A stretch of DNA of 64,000 nucleotides, taken from IMG/VR virus record IMGVR_UViG_3300006224_000007, positions 1 to 64,000 of that record; one strand, given 5' to 3'. Both the position numbers and the translations under genes were made by a program. Shown one piece after another: positions 49,334 to 59,653 of this stretch (the first letter of the stretch is position 1; every line of letters begins with the position of its first letter). The notes under the pieces are model-generated. The model did no database searches, was not told the DNA's origin, and saw only the letters and a program-made list of their open reading frames with translations. This DNA is from a virus.

Positions 49334-50235
49334 TGAATATAGCTATGCTTACAACTTGGAATTCTGCTTGTGGTATTGCTGAGTACTCAAGAAATCTTGT
49401 TAAAGAGTTTTTAAAACTTGGACACAATGTTCTTGTATTAAACAATACTACTGATGGAGAATCTATCCGTTCTGGAGCAGCTTTTGTTACATCAAAAGTA
49501 TTTGGCGTACATTGGTGGGGAGAAGACCCAACATTTAAAACAGAGCTTGCTTTGGATATGCTTCATTATTTTGAAGGCGCAGTAGGTCCAATAGCTGTTT
49601 TTCATGTTCAATATCAAGGAAGTCTTTATGAGCCAGAGGGATTTAATAAGCTTGTAGAAAATATTAAATGCAAAAAAGTCATAACACTACATGATTCTTC
49701 TAAGAATTCTAAACATAATCTAGATATTTTTAATGATGTTATTACTCATAGTTTTCGGCCTACAGTAAGAAGGCATCAGCAGTATCATGGCTTTTTATTT
49801 CCTACTATAGAAAGAACTCCTATGGTATTCAGTTTTGGAATGGGAAGAAATGACTATGCCTTTATTGAAAAGGCTTGTAAAGAGATTGGTATAGATTTTG
49901 AAGGCCATGATGCTAGAAAAAATGGCTGGCTATCAGAAGAAGCTCTATTTGAGAAGATGAATAATGCCGATGCTATTGTTTTATGGTATAATGATGTGCC
50001 AATAGAAGGTCAAAGTGCTGCATTACGAACAGCGATAAGTTCTATGAGGCCAGTTATAGTTAACGATGTTGGCTGGTTTAAAAATGAACCACCATTTGTA
50101 TATAAAGTTAGAACTAAAGATGAGCTACAAAATAAACTTTTACATATTTTAAATCTATATTATATAAGACAGAACTCATTTCAAAATTGTGCAGAAAAAT
50201 ATCTGGAGGTATTCAGTGAAGTTAAAAAAGCTTAA
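49333..50235 (+). CDS. Glycosyltransferase, GT-B-like
   Basis: CGIAEYS..L, HVQY, TLH, SAA...A.....PVIV. Confidence 0.8.
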   Translation: MNIAMLTTWNSACGIAEYSRNLVKEFLKLGHNVLVLNNTTDGESIRSGAAFVTSKVFGVHWWGEDPTFKTELALDMLHYFEGAVGPIAVFHVQYQGSLYEPEGFNKLVENIKCKKVITLHDSSKNSKHNLDIFNDVITHSFRPTVRRHQQYHGFLFPTIERTPMVFSFGMGRNDYAFIEKACKEIGIDFEGHDARKNGWLSEEALFEKMNNADAIVLWYNDVPIEGQSAALRTAISSMRPVIVNDVGWFKNEPPFVYKVRTKDELQNKLLHILNLYYIRQNSFQNCAEKYLEVFSEVKKA

Positions 50236-50409
50236 TGATTCTACCGCTGTAGACGAAAAAGGTAATGGTTGGTTCAGATACAAAGCTGGAGAACGACATT
50301 CTCAATGGGTAAGTTGTATTGTATGTGGAAAAACCGTACAGTATTATTGGTCAGATTGGCCTGATTATGAAGCAAAAGTTTGTGATGTTTGTATGGTATG
50401 GGAGAAATA

Positions 50410-50727
50410 ATGAGAATTGATTTTTTACACCCAAAATTTCATGAGGGTTGGAATAGTACTGTTAGAAGAGGTATTCGCAGTATAAATCCTGGAGATAAAG
50501 TAGAATTATTTGAAACTGGAGCAGAAACTCCTGTAGCTATTGGAGAAGTAACTGATATTATTGTAACTCAGCTTTCAACTATTTATATGTTTCCACAACT
50601 TATTCAATATCAACATGATGAAGAAACTCAACACTTACATGGTTTACTGGAAGCTATGGATAGAGCCTACCCAGGAATTAGACCGTCTGAAGTAATTACA
50701 ATTATCTATTTTATGGTGGAGGAATAA
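50410..50727 (+). CDS. ASCH/PUA-like protein
   Basis: G..STVR.G....PGD.V pattern. Confidence 0.4.
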   Translation: MRIDFLHPKFHEGWNSTVRRGIRSINPGDKVELFETGAETPVAIGEVTDIIVTQLSTIYMFPQLIQYQHDEETQHLHGLLEAMDRAYPGIRPSEVITIIYFMVEE

Positions 50728-51176
50728 TGGAAAGACCTAGTTGGGATGAATACTTCATAGACTTAGCAGTATTAGTAGCTAGTCGCTCTACTTGTCTTAG
50801 AAAACAACACGGCGCAATTATAGTGAAAGACAAGCAAATTCTTAGTACAGGATACAATGGTACTCCCTCTAAAATAACTCACTGTGAAACTTGTTTTAGA
50901 GAAGAGCATAATATTCCTCATGGAACTATGTATGAGCTTTGCAAATCTACCCATGCTGAAGCTAATGCTATTGTACAAGCGGCCAAACATGGAGTTTCTA
51001 TTAATGGTGCCGATATGTATATTACTGGTATTCCGTGCCTTATGTGTGCAAGACTTATAATCAATGCTGGTATCAAGAATATAATTACTGCGTTTGATGA
51101 AAACGAAGACCAGATGCAAGCATCATTAGAGCTTCTTAAAGAAGCCAAACTACCCTTTAGGAGAGTGGACTTGTAG
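50727..51176 (+). CDS. dCMP deaminase
   Basis: RPSWDEYF, RSTC, TGYNG, HAEANA, PCLMC. Confidence 0.95.
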   Translation: MERPSWDEYFIDLAVLVASRSTCLRKQHGAIIVKDKQILSTGYNGTPSKITHCETCFREEHNIPHGTMYELCKSTHAEANAIVQAAKHGVSINGADMYITGIPCLMCARLIINAGIKNIITAFDENEDQMQASLELLKEAKLPFRRVDL

Positions 51177-51362
51177 TGGAATGTCCAAGATGCCATAAGA
51201 CACACTTTAATACTTTTATAATTAGCCGATATAAAGAGAAGATGCCTGTTAATAAATGTTGTATTTGTGGGTATCTTTGGATAGATGACAAAGATTTAAT
51301 TACACTAACAAAGGCTGAGTCGAAGAAAATGTTCATAGAAACTTTGAGGAATATGGGGAAAT

Positions 51363-53891
51363 ATGACCAACGAAAAGACAGTAGTTAAACTATCTCCTGC
51401 ACTTGAAGAGAAGATAGTTGATAAAATTGTAGACCTTGCTCAATATATGGGAGAGATGAAATTCTACCCATATCAACTTCCTTTTGCTCGGAGACTAACT
51501 CAGAGCATTATCACTAATGAGGGTGCTACCCTCTCCGCTCTTTTTTCCCGTCAGTGTATTCTTCAAAAATCATTTATCATGGACCGTGATGGTAAGGTCA
51601 TGTTCATTGAAAAACACCCTGATGCCTGGGAAACACAAAGTCAAGCTAATATTTTAGAGATTAAAACTCTTGGTGGTCATGTAATTAAATGCACAGAAGA
51701 ACACCCTATTGCTACAGACCAAGGTTGGATGCCAGCCCAATGTGTAGAAAAGGGTACAAAAGTAGTAGTCCTAGACCAATGGAATAAGTTTGGAGATGGA
51801 ATAATTCCATACAAGGACAAAACTTTTGTTATGAGTAATGATTTGGCTGAGTTAGTTGGATGGCTTACTGCAAATATCAGAGATTCAGAAGAAGTTAAAA
51901 TCACCATAGGCCATAAAAGAGTCTTAGAACTGATTACAAAATATTTTCTTGATTCAGATTTTACTGCTAGAAAGACTAGTTTGACCATTCGATTGAATGG
52001 TCACTTAAAAAATTTCTTAAAATTTGTAATTAAATACAATAGTTATGGTATGCCTGAAGGCATTAACTATTTTACTAGAGAACAGTTGATTAGATTCTTT
52101 TACCCACTATTTCTTACTAATGGAAAAACCTATAAGAAACCTAGCACTATGAAGATAATGCTAAAAGACTTAAACTATTTTGCTCTATTGTTTTACAAGG
52201 AGCATCTTAATAAGCTAGGTTTACATGGAAACTACGAGATGTGGATTGGTCATAACTTAATTTTTCAATGTGCTACTAACTACTTACGTTTTAAAGAATT
52301 GTTTGAAGAATATCTTCCCAAAGAGTATTTTCCTTCTTTCTATCAGTATAGAAAAAGAGCCAGCAAAACTTTTGAAGGAGAAGATGGAGAAATTCTTACC
52401 TATGCTAGAGTACATTCAATAAAATGGGAAGCTGTGCATGTTCCTGTATGGGATATTAATGTTCCTGATAAGGGATGGTTTTTAGTTTCAGGTGCAAAAG
52501 TGCATAACTCAGGAAAAACTCAAGTTGTAGCTATGATTACGGCTGCTTGCATGGTAGTTTTGCCTACGTTAGCAGAAAAATTTCCTGAGAATTTTGGCTT
52601 GTTTATTAAGGGATTTTGGGCTGGATGCTTTGGTCCTGTAGGAGAACAAGCTATTACAATGTTTGATAGAATCTACTCAGTTTTTGTTTCAGATAATAGT
52701 AAAAGATTATTCATTGAAGAGTTAAAGATGCCAATACCAGCGCAGGGTGGAGCGCGTGGAAACCTAATCAAGCTTAAAAATAAGTCCTTTGTACGTTATC
52801 AATCTGGTAGTCGTAGAGCAAAAGTTGAGTCTAAAACATACCATCTTATCATTCTTGATGAATGTCAAGATATGGAATCCTTCAAGATTAAGAAGTCTAT
52901 TCTTCCTATGGGTGCTGCTGTTAATGCTACAGTTGTAACTACAGGTACACCTGATGTTTACATTGGTTATTTTTATGATACAATAGAACAGAATAAAGCC
53001 GAAGATATTAAAAATCCAGGTCCAAAGCAAATGCACTTTGAAATTGATTATCAAGTTGCTCAAAAATATAATCCTATGTATAAGAAGTATATTCAAAAAG
53101 AGATAAAACGTCTTGGTTTTGAATCTGATGAATTCAAGATGGCCTATAGACTTATTTGGCCTATAACAAAAGGGATGGTATTTACTAAATCTCAACTAGA
53201 TGAAAAGTGTTATAATAAGGCATTGAAGTTTGTACAGGAATGGCATGAAACACCTTGTATAGCTGGGCTTGACTTAGGAAAGGCTCAAAACTCTACAGTC
53301 GTGTTTGTTCTTAGACCTTTTTGGGAAGATGCTGACGAAGAAGGAAATGTTCCTAAACAAATTTTAAACTGGATGGAACTTGAAGGAGATGAATGGGAAG
53401 AACAATATCCAAAAGTGGTAGACTTTCTAAGCAACTATTGGATTGATTCCCTAGTCTGTGATTCAACAGGAGTAGGTAATCCTATAACAGAACGTTATGC
53501 TAAACTACTTCCTAATACAAACGTAGTTCCATTTGTATTTAGTCCTACCTCTAAAGATATTGGGTATAAATACTTTCTTCAAGAAGTTAATCAAAAGAGA
53601 TTAATTATTCCCGCCCATACGAGCGTTCGTAATACTAATCGGTTCAAAAAATTTGAGCATCAGATGACTACTTTGAAGAAACATTATAGTGGTAAGTTTT
53701 TAAGTCCATGCCCTATAGATGCCGATAAAGGTCATGATGACTATTGTGATTCCTTGATGCTTGCTATATTCGGTACATTTTATGAAGTTATGCCTGAAAT
53801 AGAAGAAACATACAATGATTTCTTCCTAGCATCAAGAGATAATATAGAACAAACCTTTGGAAGAAACTATTCTAGACCGAGAAAAACATAA
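51363..53891 (+). CDS. terL: Terminase large subunit, intein-containing
   Basis: YPYQ adenine-binding motif, split Walker A SRQ|SGKT, IILDE, TGT, GLDLG, DSTGVG, HDDYCDS. Confidence 0.93.
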   Translation: MTNEKTVVKLSPALEEKIVDKIVDLAQYMGEMKFYPYQLPFARRLTQSIITNEGATLSALFSRQCILQKSFIMDRDGKVMFIEKHPDAWETQSQANILEIKTLGGHVIKCTEEHPIATDQGWMPAQCVEKGTKVVVLDQWNKFGDGIIPYKDKTFVMSNDLAELVGWLTANIRDSEEVKITIGHKRVLELITKYFLDSDFTARKTSLTIRLNGHLKNFLKFVIKYNSYGMPEGINYFTREQLIRFFYPLFLTNGKTYKKPSTMKIMLKDLNYFALLFYKEHLNKLGLHGNYEMWIGHNLIFQCATNYLRFKELFEEYLPKEYFPSFYQYRKRASKTFEGEDGEILTYARVHSIKWEAVHVPVWDINVPDKGWFLVSGAKVHNSGKTQVVAMITAACMVVLPTLAEKFPENFGLFIKGFWAGCFGPVGEQAITMFDRIYSVFVSDNSKRLFIEELKMPIPAQGGARGNLIKLKNKSFVRYQSGSRRAKVESKTYHLIILDECQDMESFKIKKSILPMGAAVNATVVTTGTPDVYIGYFYDTIEQNKAEDIKNPGPKQMHFEIDYQVAQKYNPMYKKYIQKEIKRLGFESDEFKMAYRLIWPITKGMVFTKSQLDEKCYNKALKFVQEWHETPCIAGLDLGKAQNSTVVFVLRPFWEDADEEGNVPKQILNWMELEGDEWEEQYPKVVDFLSNYWIDSLVCDSTGVGNPITERYAKLLPNTNVVPFVFSPTSKDIGYKYFLQEVNQKRLIIPAHTSVRNTNRFKKFEHQMTTLKKHYSGKFLSPCPIDADKGHDDYCDSLMLAIFGTFYEVMPEIEETYNDFFLASRDNIEQTFGRNYSRPRKT
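51555..52508 (+). mobile_element. Intein (318 aa) in the terminase Walker A, degenerate LAGLIDADG domain
   Basis: Starts C (CILQKS), block B TEEHP, ends VWDI.V....F......VHN, +1 Ser. Confidence 0.93.
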
Positions 53892-53906
53892 TATTATAGA
53901 GAGGGG

Positions 53907-55496
53907 GTGTTTAAAATAACATACGCTTTACCTGGAAATTTTGATTCACAAGTATATTCTAGTACATTCTTTGCTCAAGTGTTCAACTTTGGTCCAGACC
54001 ATTCTGAGCGAGTTACAAAATATCAAAACTGCTGGGATTTCTATGATGGAAAACATTGGACACAAACATCACCAGAAGGTTTTGACCAAGTTACAATTAA
54101 CTATTGCAAAACTTTTGTTAAAAAACTAAGACGTTTTGCATTTAGAAATTCCTGGTCAATGGTATTTACTCCAGAGCAAATTGAAGATGGAATTGATACT
54201 TGGGTTAAAGATGTTTGGAAGAACAATAACTTGAAAGGAATTACGAATACTGTGGCTGATTTTGGTGGTATTTTTGGGGATTGGTTTATCTATCCTCAAT
54301 GGCTTCCTAGTGCAGATGATGATATAGAAAAGCCAACTAATCCTGCTGATGTTAAATTAGTAGCCTTAGACCCTAGATATGTATTTCCACAATACAATTC
54401 GAAAACTGGAGATATGGAATTCTGTATCGTTTTGATTCCTTATCAAGATTTTAAACTTGTAGGAAACCAATTTGAATTAGAAAATAGAATCTATAGAGAG
54501 GTTCACACAAAAGAAAAAATCTTTATACAAGAACTAAATGAAAAAAATGAAGTTGTAGAAGACAGGGTAATTGACAATCCTCTTAATAAACTATTGATTG
54601 TTCATGGAATTCATCAACCTAAGCCTGGAAGCGATTTTGGCGCTGGTATTGTGGAGGACGTAATTGATGGAAATAAACTTTTCAATGAAAAAACTTCTGA
54701 CGTATCCGATATCTTGGATTATCACGCTGCTCCTATTACTATTATTTACGGAGCCAAGGCGAGACAACTAGAAAAGGGAGCAAACAAGATATGGTCTGGT
54801 CTTCCTGCTAATGCTAAAGTAGAGAACTTATCTAGCCAAGGAAATATTCCTGCGGCTAGAGACTTCTTGAAAGACGTTAAAACTTGGATGCATGAATTAG
54901 CAAGTATTCCTGAAAAGTCCCTTGGTGGTGAAAGACAAATTAGTAATACTGCTGCCTCTGCATTAGCTATTGATTTTGAACCTATTATAGAGTTGGCAGA
55001 AGATGTTCAGTTTTATTTTGATACGGGTATAAAGAAAGTAAATGAGCTTATTATAGATATTGGTATCTATACTGGAGCTATTAGTACAGACCTAGAAAAA
55101 CCAATTCTATATGAACATCATATAGAGCATGGGTCTTTACTTCCTAGAGATAGGTCTATCGACCTAGCAGATATTACTACAGAGATTAATCTTAGTATAG
55201 AGTCTAAAAGAGGCGCTATGCAAAGACTTGGAATTAAAAATGTTGATGCTAAGATTAAAGAAATTGAAGATGAAGAGGAAGAAGAAAAGAAACGTGCTAT
55301 GGAGTTAGCTCAGAAATATATGCCACCTGAAATGGTATATGAGGCTGGTAATACTGAAAACTTTGAAGAGCCAGATATATACGAGAAAGAAGAAGGTACT
55401 ACTACTAAACAAAAAAAGGCAAGAAAAGCGGTGAATAAAAATCCTGTTGTTCATGGGCAACAAGTAACTGATGAAGCTACGGTTAATAAATCATAG
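53907..55496 (+). CDS. Portal protein (SPP1 gp6-like); start may be ATA 53916
   Basis: Follows terL; FYDG.H, NYCK.FV, helical C-terminus; 529 aa. Confidence 0.85.
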   Translation: MFKITYALPGNFDSQVYSSTFFAQVFNFGPDHSERVTKYQNCWDFYDGKHWTQTSPEGFDQVTINYCKTFVKKLRRFAFRNSWSMVFTPEQIEDGIDTWVKDVWKNNNLKGITNTVADFGGIFGDWFIYPQWLPSADDDIEKPTNPADVKLVALDPRYVFPQYNSKTGDMEFCIVLIPYQDFKLVGNQFELENRIYREVHTKEKIFIQELNEKNEVVEDRVIDNPLNKLLIVHGIHQPKPGSDFGAGIVEDVIDGNKLFNEKTSDVSDILDYHAAPITIIYGAKARQLEKGANKIWSGLPANAKVENLSSQGNIPAARDFLKDVKTWMHELASIPEKSLGGERQISNTAASALAIDFEPIIELAEDVQFYFDTGIKKVNELIIDIGIYTGAISTDLEKPILYEHHIEHGSLLPRDRSIDLADITTEINLSIESKRGAMQRLGIKNVDAKIKEIEDEEEEEKKRAMELAQKYMPPEMVYEAGNTENFEEPDIYEKEEGTTTKQKKARKAVNKNPVVHGQQVTDEATVNKS

Positions 55497-55534
55497 GGTT
55501 AACTCTAGATAAAGAGTTAACCCTCCCCTTTTTT
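55495..55534 (+). terminator. Intrinsic terminator after the portal gene
   Basis: Perfect 12-bp AGGGTTAACTCT/AGAGTTAACCCT, then CCCC and T6. Confidence 0.65.
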
Positions 55535-55828
55535 GCCTTTTGTTAGAATTTAAAGTTAAATATTAAGTTGACCGATATTTAAAATAACTACGTTTAGAGT
55601 AAGGGGGTGAAATGGCTAGAGGAACATTTAAACCTGAAAAACCTGCTAAGAATACAGAAAAGGTGGGTGTATTCAATAAGGCTGTTAATGATTTAAGACC
55701 AACTACAATGGATGATTCAGCTAATGCTGATGCTTGGGCAAAGCATGTTAATCAAATTGGTTGGGAAAAAGAAGCATATAAGTCGGATGACCCTAATGCT
55801 ACTTCGTAAATAAGAAAGGAGAACGAAA

Positions 55829-56572
55829 ATGTCTGATAATAATGACGCTCTTGAGCCGCAGAAAGAAGATGAGACAGACGAAAAGGAACTAGAAGGTAAG
55901 GAAACCCCGGTGGAGGGGAAAGAAAAAGAGGAAAAGAAAGAAGAGAAAAAAGAAGAGAAGTCTGTTGATGTTGAAGCTTATAAAAAAGCTCTTGAAGATG
56001 AGTGGTTAGAAAAAATTCGTACTCAAGAAAAAGCAAAGCTTTATGACTCTTTCGAGAAGTATAAAGAAGATGCTAAAAAAGCTAACGAAGCACGAAAAGC
56101 CGCTGAAGATAAGCTTAAAGAGTATGAAACTTCTAAGTTATCTGTTGAAGAACAATCCGTTCTTAAACTTGAACAACTAGAAGAATCTAATGCTAAATTA
56201 CAAGCTCAAATGCAAGAATTGGTTGAGGAAGCTAACAACAAAATTAACACTCTTCAGCTAGAGTTGGTCAAAAAAGAAGTGCTTGCACAGTATGGAGACG
56301 AAATAATTCCTGCACTTGTAACAGGAAGTACTATTGAGGAATTGACCCAAAGTGCCGAAAATGCTCATAGAGAATATATCTCTATTCGTGAACGTGAGCT
56401 TGCTAAGGTAAAAGATATTGTTAAACCAAAGACACAAATTGGTGGTGGAATAAATCCTCAGAATGATAGACTTAATGCTGGAGTCAACGTTGCAGACTTA
56501 AATAAAATCACAGACCCAAAAATTTGGGAAGCTAATAGGGATAAATTCCTAGAAGAAGCTCTAAAATCATAA
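55829..56572 (+). CDS. Capsid scaffolding protein
   Basis: Highly charged coiled coil directly upstream of the capsid gene. Confidence 0.75.
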   Translation: MSDNNDALEPQKEDETDEKELEGKETPVEGKEKEEKKEEKKEEKSVDVEAYKKALEDEWLEKIRTQEKAKLYDSFEKYKEDAKKANEARKAAEDKLKEYETSKLSVEEQSVLKLEQLEESNAKLQAQMQELVEEANNKINTLQLELVKKEVLAQYGDEIIPALVTGSTIEELTQSAENAHREYISIRERELAKVKDIVKPKTQIGGGINPQNDRLNAGVNVADLNKITDPKIWEANRDKFLEEALKS

Positions 56573-56605
56573 TTTTAAAGAAAGGAAAGGGGGTGAATAA
56601 CTAGA

Positions 56606-57526
56606 ATGACAAGTTATCTTACTACTGCTCTTGCAGCTACGGGTGGAACTAATGTAAGACTTTCTGAAGTGGTTCTTACCATTTACAGCAAAGATATTAT
56701 GTTCCAGGCGCAGCCTGTACTAAGATTTGACCAGTTTGCTCAGGTTAAAACCGACCTTTCCGCTACTCCTGGTAAACAAATTACCTTCTTCAAGTATAAT
56801 AACCTAACTGCTGGTGGCCTGTTAACTGAAGGTACGCCTCTGGCTACTAAAGCTTTGGCGGGTTCGCAAGTATCTATTGCGGTGTATGAATACGGTAACG
56901 CTGTTGCTGTGTCTAATATGCTGTTAGTTACTGCTTTCACAGATGTTATGGCTGATACTGCTAAATTGCTTGGACAAGATTATGCAAAAGTCATCGACGC
57001 TTTGGCGAGAGATACGGTTGAAGCTGGTGCCGGTAGTACTGTATTTGCTAATGACAGAGCTAATGCTGATGCTATTACATCTACAGACTATCTAACAATG
57101 GAAGAAGTTAAAGACGCTGTTGAAATTCTTGCTACAAATAACGCGCAAAAGATTAACAACGACCATTGGGTTATGTTTGTGCATCCACACCAAAGCCGTA
57201 ATCTGCGTGATGATGCTGACTGGGTAACAGTTGGTAAACTAGACCCTCAACGTTTGTACAATGGGGAAATAGGACGTATTGATGACGTTATCTTCGTGGA
57301 AACTACTCAAGTTAGTATAGATGCTAATGAGGCAGCTACTCCTGTTGATACTTACTCTGCTATCATGATTGGCGACAATGCTTTCGGTAAAGCCGTAGCG
57401 TTGCCGGTTGAAATGCGTGATAATGGTGTTGTAGACTTCGGGCGTGAGCGTGACTTAGCATGGTATACTATTGTTGGATATGGTGTTCTTAATGCTGATA
57501 ACATCGTTAAAGTCCAAACTGCTTAA
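56606..57526 (+). CDS. Major capsid protein (N4-gp56-like HK97 fold)
   Basis: P.LRFDQFA, L.EG, EYGNAV, HP.Q...L, GEIG....V.FVET, DFGRE..LAWY. Confidence 0.9.
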   Translation: MTSYLTTALAATGGTNVRLSEVVLTIYSKDIMFQAQPVLRFDQFAQVKTDLSATPGKQITFFKYNNLTAGGLLTEGTPLATKALAGSQVSIAVYEYGNAVAVSNMLLVTAFTDVMADTAKLLGQDYAKVIDALARDTVEAGAGSTVFANDRANADAITSTDYLTMEEVKDAVEILATNNAQKINNDHWVMFVHPHQSRNLRDDADWVTVGKLDPQRLYNGEIGRIDDVIFVETTQVSIDANEAATPVDTYSAIMIGDNAFGKAVALPVEMRDNGVVDFGRERDLAWYTIVGYGVLNADNIVKVQTA

Positions 57527-57541
57527 TCCTAAGTTTTGGCA

Positions 57542-57570
57542 TTGACAAGACGGGGAGTGGATGATATTAT
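57542..57570 (+). promoter_or_regulatory. Housekeeping sigma70/sigmaA-type promoter
   Basis: TTGACA-N17-TATTAT with extended -10 TG. Confidence 0.55.
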
Positions 57571-57597
57571 GATATATTGTCTACTCCCCTATTTTAT
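57552..57597 (+). terminator. Terminator-like hairpin after the capsid gene
   Basis: GGGGAGTGGA/TCTACTCCCC stem followed by TATTTT. Confidence 0.6.
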
Positions 57598-57609
57598 AAA
57601 GGAGATAAA

Positions 57610-57927
57610 ATGAGTAAAATAAAAAAAGCCATCTTTGAAGATGAGGAAGCTCTCCAGAGCATTGAAGAATTGAAAGAGATTACAGAAGAGCCTAAAGAAA
57701 TACCAGAAGAAGAGATTGAAAAACTATTTAGCTATGAGCCGATTCAAGTAGAAGAGGTTCAAACAATAGAAACCACTATAGAGGTCATCCCTCTTAGGGA
57801 TGATAGGTTTTCTTTTGGTGGAACATGGTATTATTTGACAAAAGGTAAACCTCAAAAAGTGCCTATTGCGGTACGAGATTTTCTTTTAATGAACAAACAA
57901 AACCCGAGAATTAAGGATATATGGTAA
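57610..57927 (+). CDS. Small acidic head-associated protein
   Basis: SD AAGGAG; position after the capsid gene. Confidence 0.5.
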   Translation: MSKIKKAIFEDEEALQSIEELKEITEEPKEIPEEEIEKLFSYEPIQVEEVQTIETTIEVIPLRDDRFSFGGTWYYLTKGKPQKVPIAVRDFLLMNKQNPRIKDIW

Positions 57928-58385
57928 ACTATAATAACATATTTCTTGAAAAAACAGGACAGTTAGATGCAACAAATCCTTGGGATGATACTAAAATTGA
58001 GGGTTTTCTAAACAACTACTCTTTTATTATTTCAAAGGATTATGCGACTCCTTGGGCTGATTTTGCTACTGTTCCTGATAGATATCAATATCCTGTTGTG
58101 CTTTATTCCGCTATACAATTTTGGTGGTTTAAAGCTGGAGAATCAGCAACCAAATTTGATGTTCAAGTTGGTGGTACAACAGGCCAAAAATCAACACAGA
58201 TTTTCTATCGTGCATTGGAAATGATAGATTATCTTACAAAAGAGCTTGAAAAAATTGCTTCTGATATAATGTTGGAAGATTCATCTGCTGGTGATATAAT
58301 TGTTGGAGACTTAGTAAAACGTAGTAAATTTACAGGATATCTTGTTCCAAGAGAAGATGACCCAGCAGGAGATTGGACTAGTTAA
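57921..58385 (+). CDS. Probable head-tail adaptor
   Basis: Synteny, size and D..I..FL pattern. Confidence 0.5.
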   Translation: MVNYNNIFLEKTGQLDATNPWDDTKIEGFLNNYSFIISKDYATPWADFATVPDRYQYPVVLYSAIQFWWFKAGESATKFDVQVGGTTGQKSTQIFYRALEMIDYLTKELEKIASDIMLEDSSAGDIIVGDLVKRSKFTGYLVPREDDPAGDWTS

Positions 58386-59173
58386 TGGGAGTAATAGCTG
58401 ACACATTTGGTCAGATTATAAATGATTTACAAAATGCTACAGGTGCAGGAGCAGCTAGATTTGGTCGTGTATCAGGGCATGTATCTACATTTGGACCAAG
58501 AGGAATGTGGACAGATGAAAAAACTGGGAGAAGATATGGACCAGAGCGCGGAGGAATTGGTGCAGCCCTTTTACTTACAATGAGTAGAGAAGATTTTGCT
58601 GCGGCTACTAGAAGAGTTAGAGCATATGAACGAATACCATATCTTACTGGTACATTTGCTTTAAATAAAGTTGGTCACTATATAATTGGTCATGATGGAC
58701 CTGTAAATAGAGCTTTTGATACAGAAAGTGCGCCAGGTGGTGAGCCGTGGCAAGAGCTTTCTGATTCAGAAAAAAGATGGAGAGCGCATGGTGGTGGAGG
58801 AATGGTTGAAGGACCAATTCTTGATGATGCGACTGACCAAAATCCTTCTGAAAAACTTAAAATGATAGCTATGAGTGAATCCCAAATGCTACAAGTAAAT
58901 GTTACTGGGCAATATGCTAGATTATTAGTAAGTCCTGAACATCTTGAAGGTAAAGCAAGATTTAAATTTTTTGTTCATCAACTAGGAAGTGATAATGGTT
59001 GGGGAATGGGAATAGAAATTCCTGCAAGACCATTCTTCCCTGAAAGTCCAGACGATTTAAATTCTGCTGAAGTTGCAACTATAACACATTTAATCACAGA
59101 AGGTATTGACGAAGGTGTGGAAGAAAGGGCTGCGGAGAGAGGATTACGATTGGCGAGAGGTCTTAGAGGATGA
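58385..59173 (+). CDS. Virion morphogenesis (neck/tail completion, Mu gpG-like) protein
   Basis: F..E..P.G.PW..LS, IL, HQ.G, IPARPF. Confidence 0.7.
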   Translation: MGVIADTFGQIINDLQNATGAGAARFGRVSGHVSTFGPRGMWTDEKTGRRYGPERGGIGAALLLTMSREDFAAATRRVRAYERIPYLTGTFALNKVGHYIIGHDGPVNRAFDTESAPGGEPWQELSDSEKRWRAHGGGGMVEGPILDDATDQNPSEKLKMIAMSESQMLQVNVTGQYARLLVSPEHLEGKARFKFFVHQLGSDNGWGMGIEIPARPFFPESPDDLNSAEVATITHLITEGIDEGVEERAAERGLRLARGLRG

Positions 59174-59628
59174 TTACACTAATAGAAAATAAAGTTGTTG
59201 AGATTTTACAAGCGGCTACAATTGATGATGTATCTACTGACGTTGTTGTGGGAATTGATGACTTGTTGCTAGACTGGAATCAGTATGGAGAATATCCAAG
59301 AATTGTAGTAGCTTGTGAAGGTGTTGAGACTCAATATATACAAGTTGGCGCTGTTACAAAGGAATATGCGGTTAATATTTTCTTATTGTGCTATAATACT
59401 AACAAGGATGAATTAGTAAGGCAAAGAGATGTTATAGTCGATAGAATAGAGGTAGCCCTAAGAGCTAATCAAAGATTGGATAATTTAGCCGATAATAGTA
59501 TAAGAGAAACTGTGTTTAGTTCCTCAATTCCAAGAGTTAGAGTTTCTAAGTCTGGAGTAAACGATAGTTACTATGCGGTTGCATGGATTGATTTTAGGGT
59601 AAATACTGATAGAATAATCGCTCTATAA
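59170..59628 (+). CDS. Probable tail terminator
   Basis: YP.I.V motif; directly upstream of the tail tube gene. Confidence 0.55.
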   Translation: MITLIENKVVEILQAATIDDVSTDVVVGIDDLLLDWNQYGEYPRIVVACEGVETQYIQVGAVTKEYAVNIFLLCYNTNKDELVRQRDVIVDRIEVALRANQRLDNLADNSIRETVFSSSIPRVRVSKSGVNDSYYAVAWIDFRVNTDRIIAL

Positions 59629-59653
59629 TAAGGAAAGGGGGTGAATAACTTAA

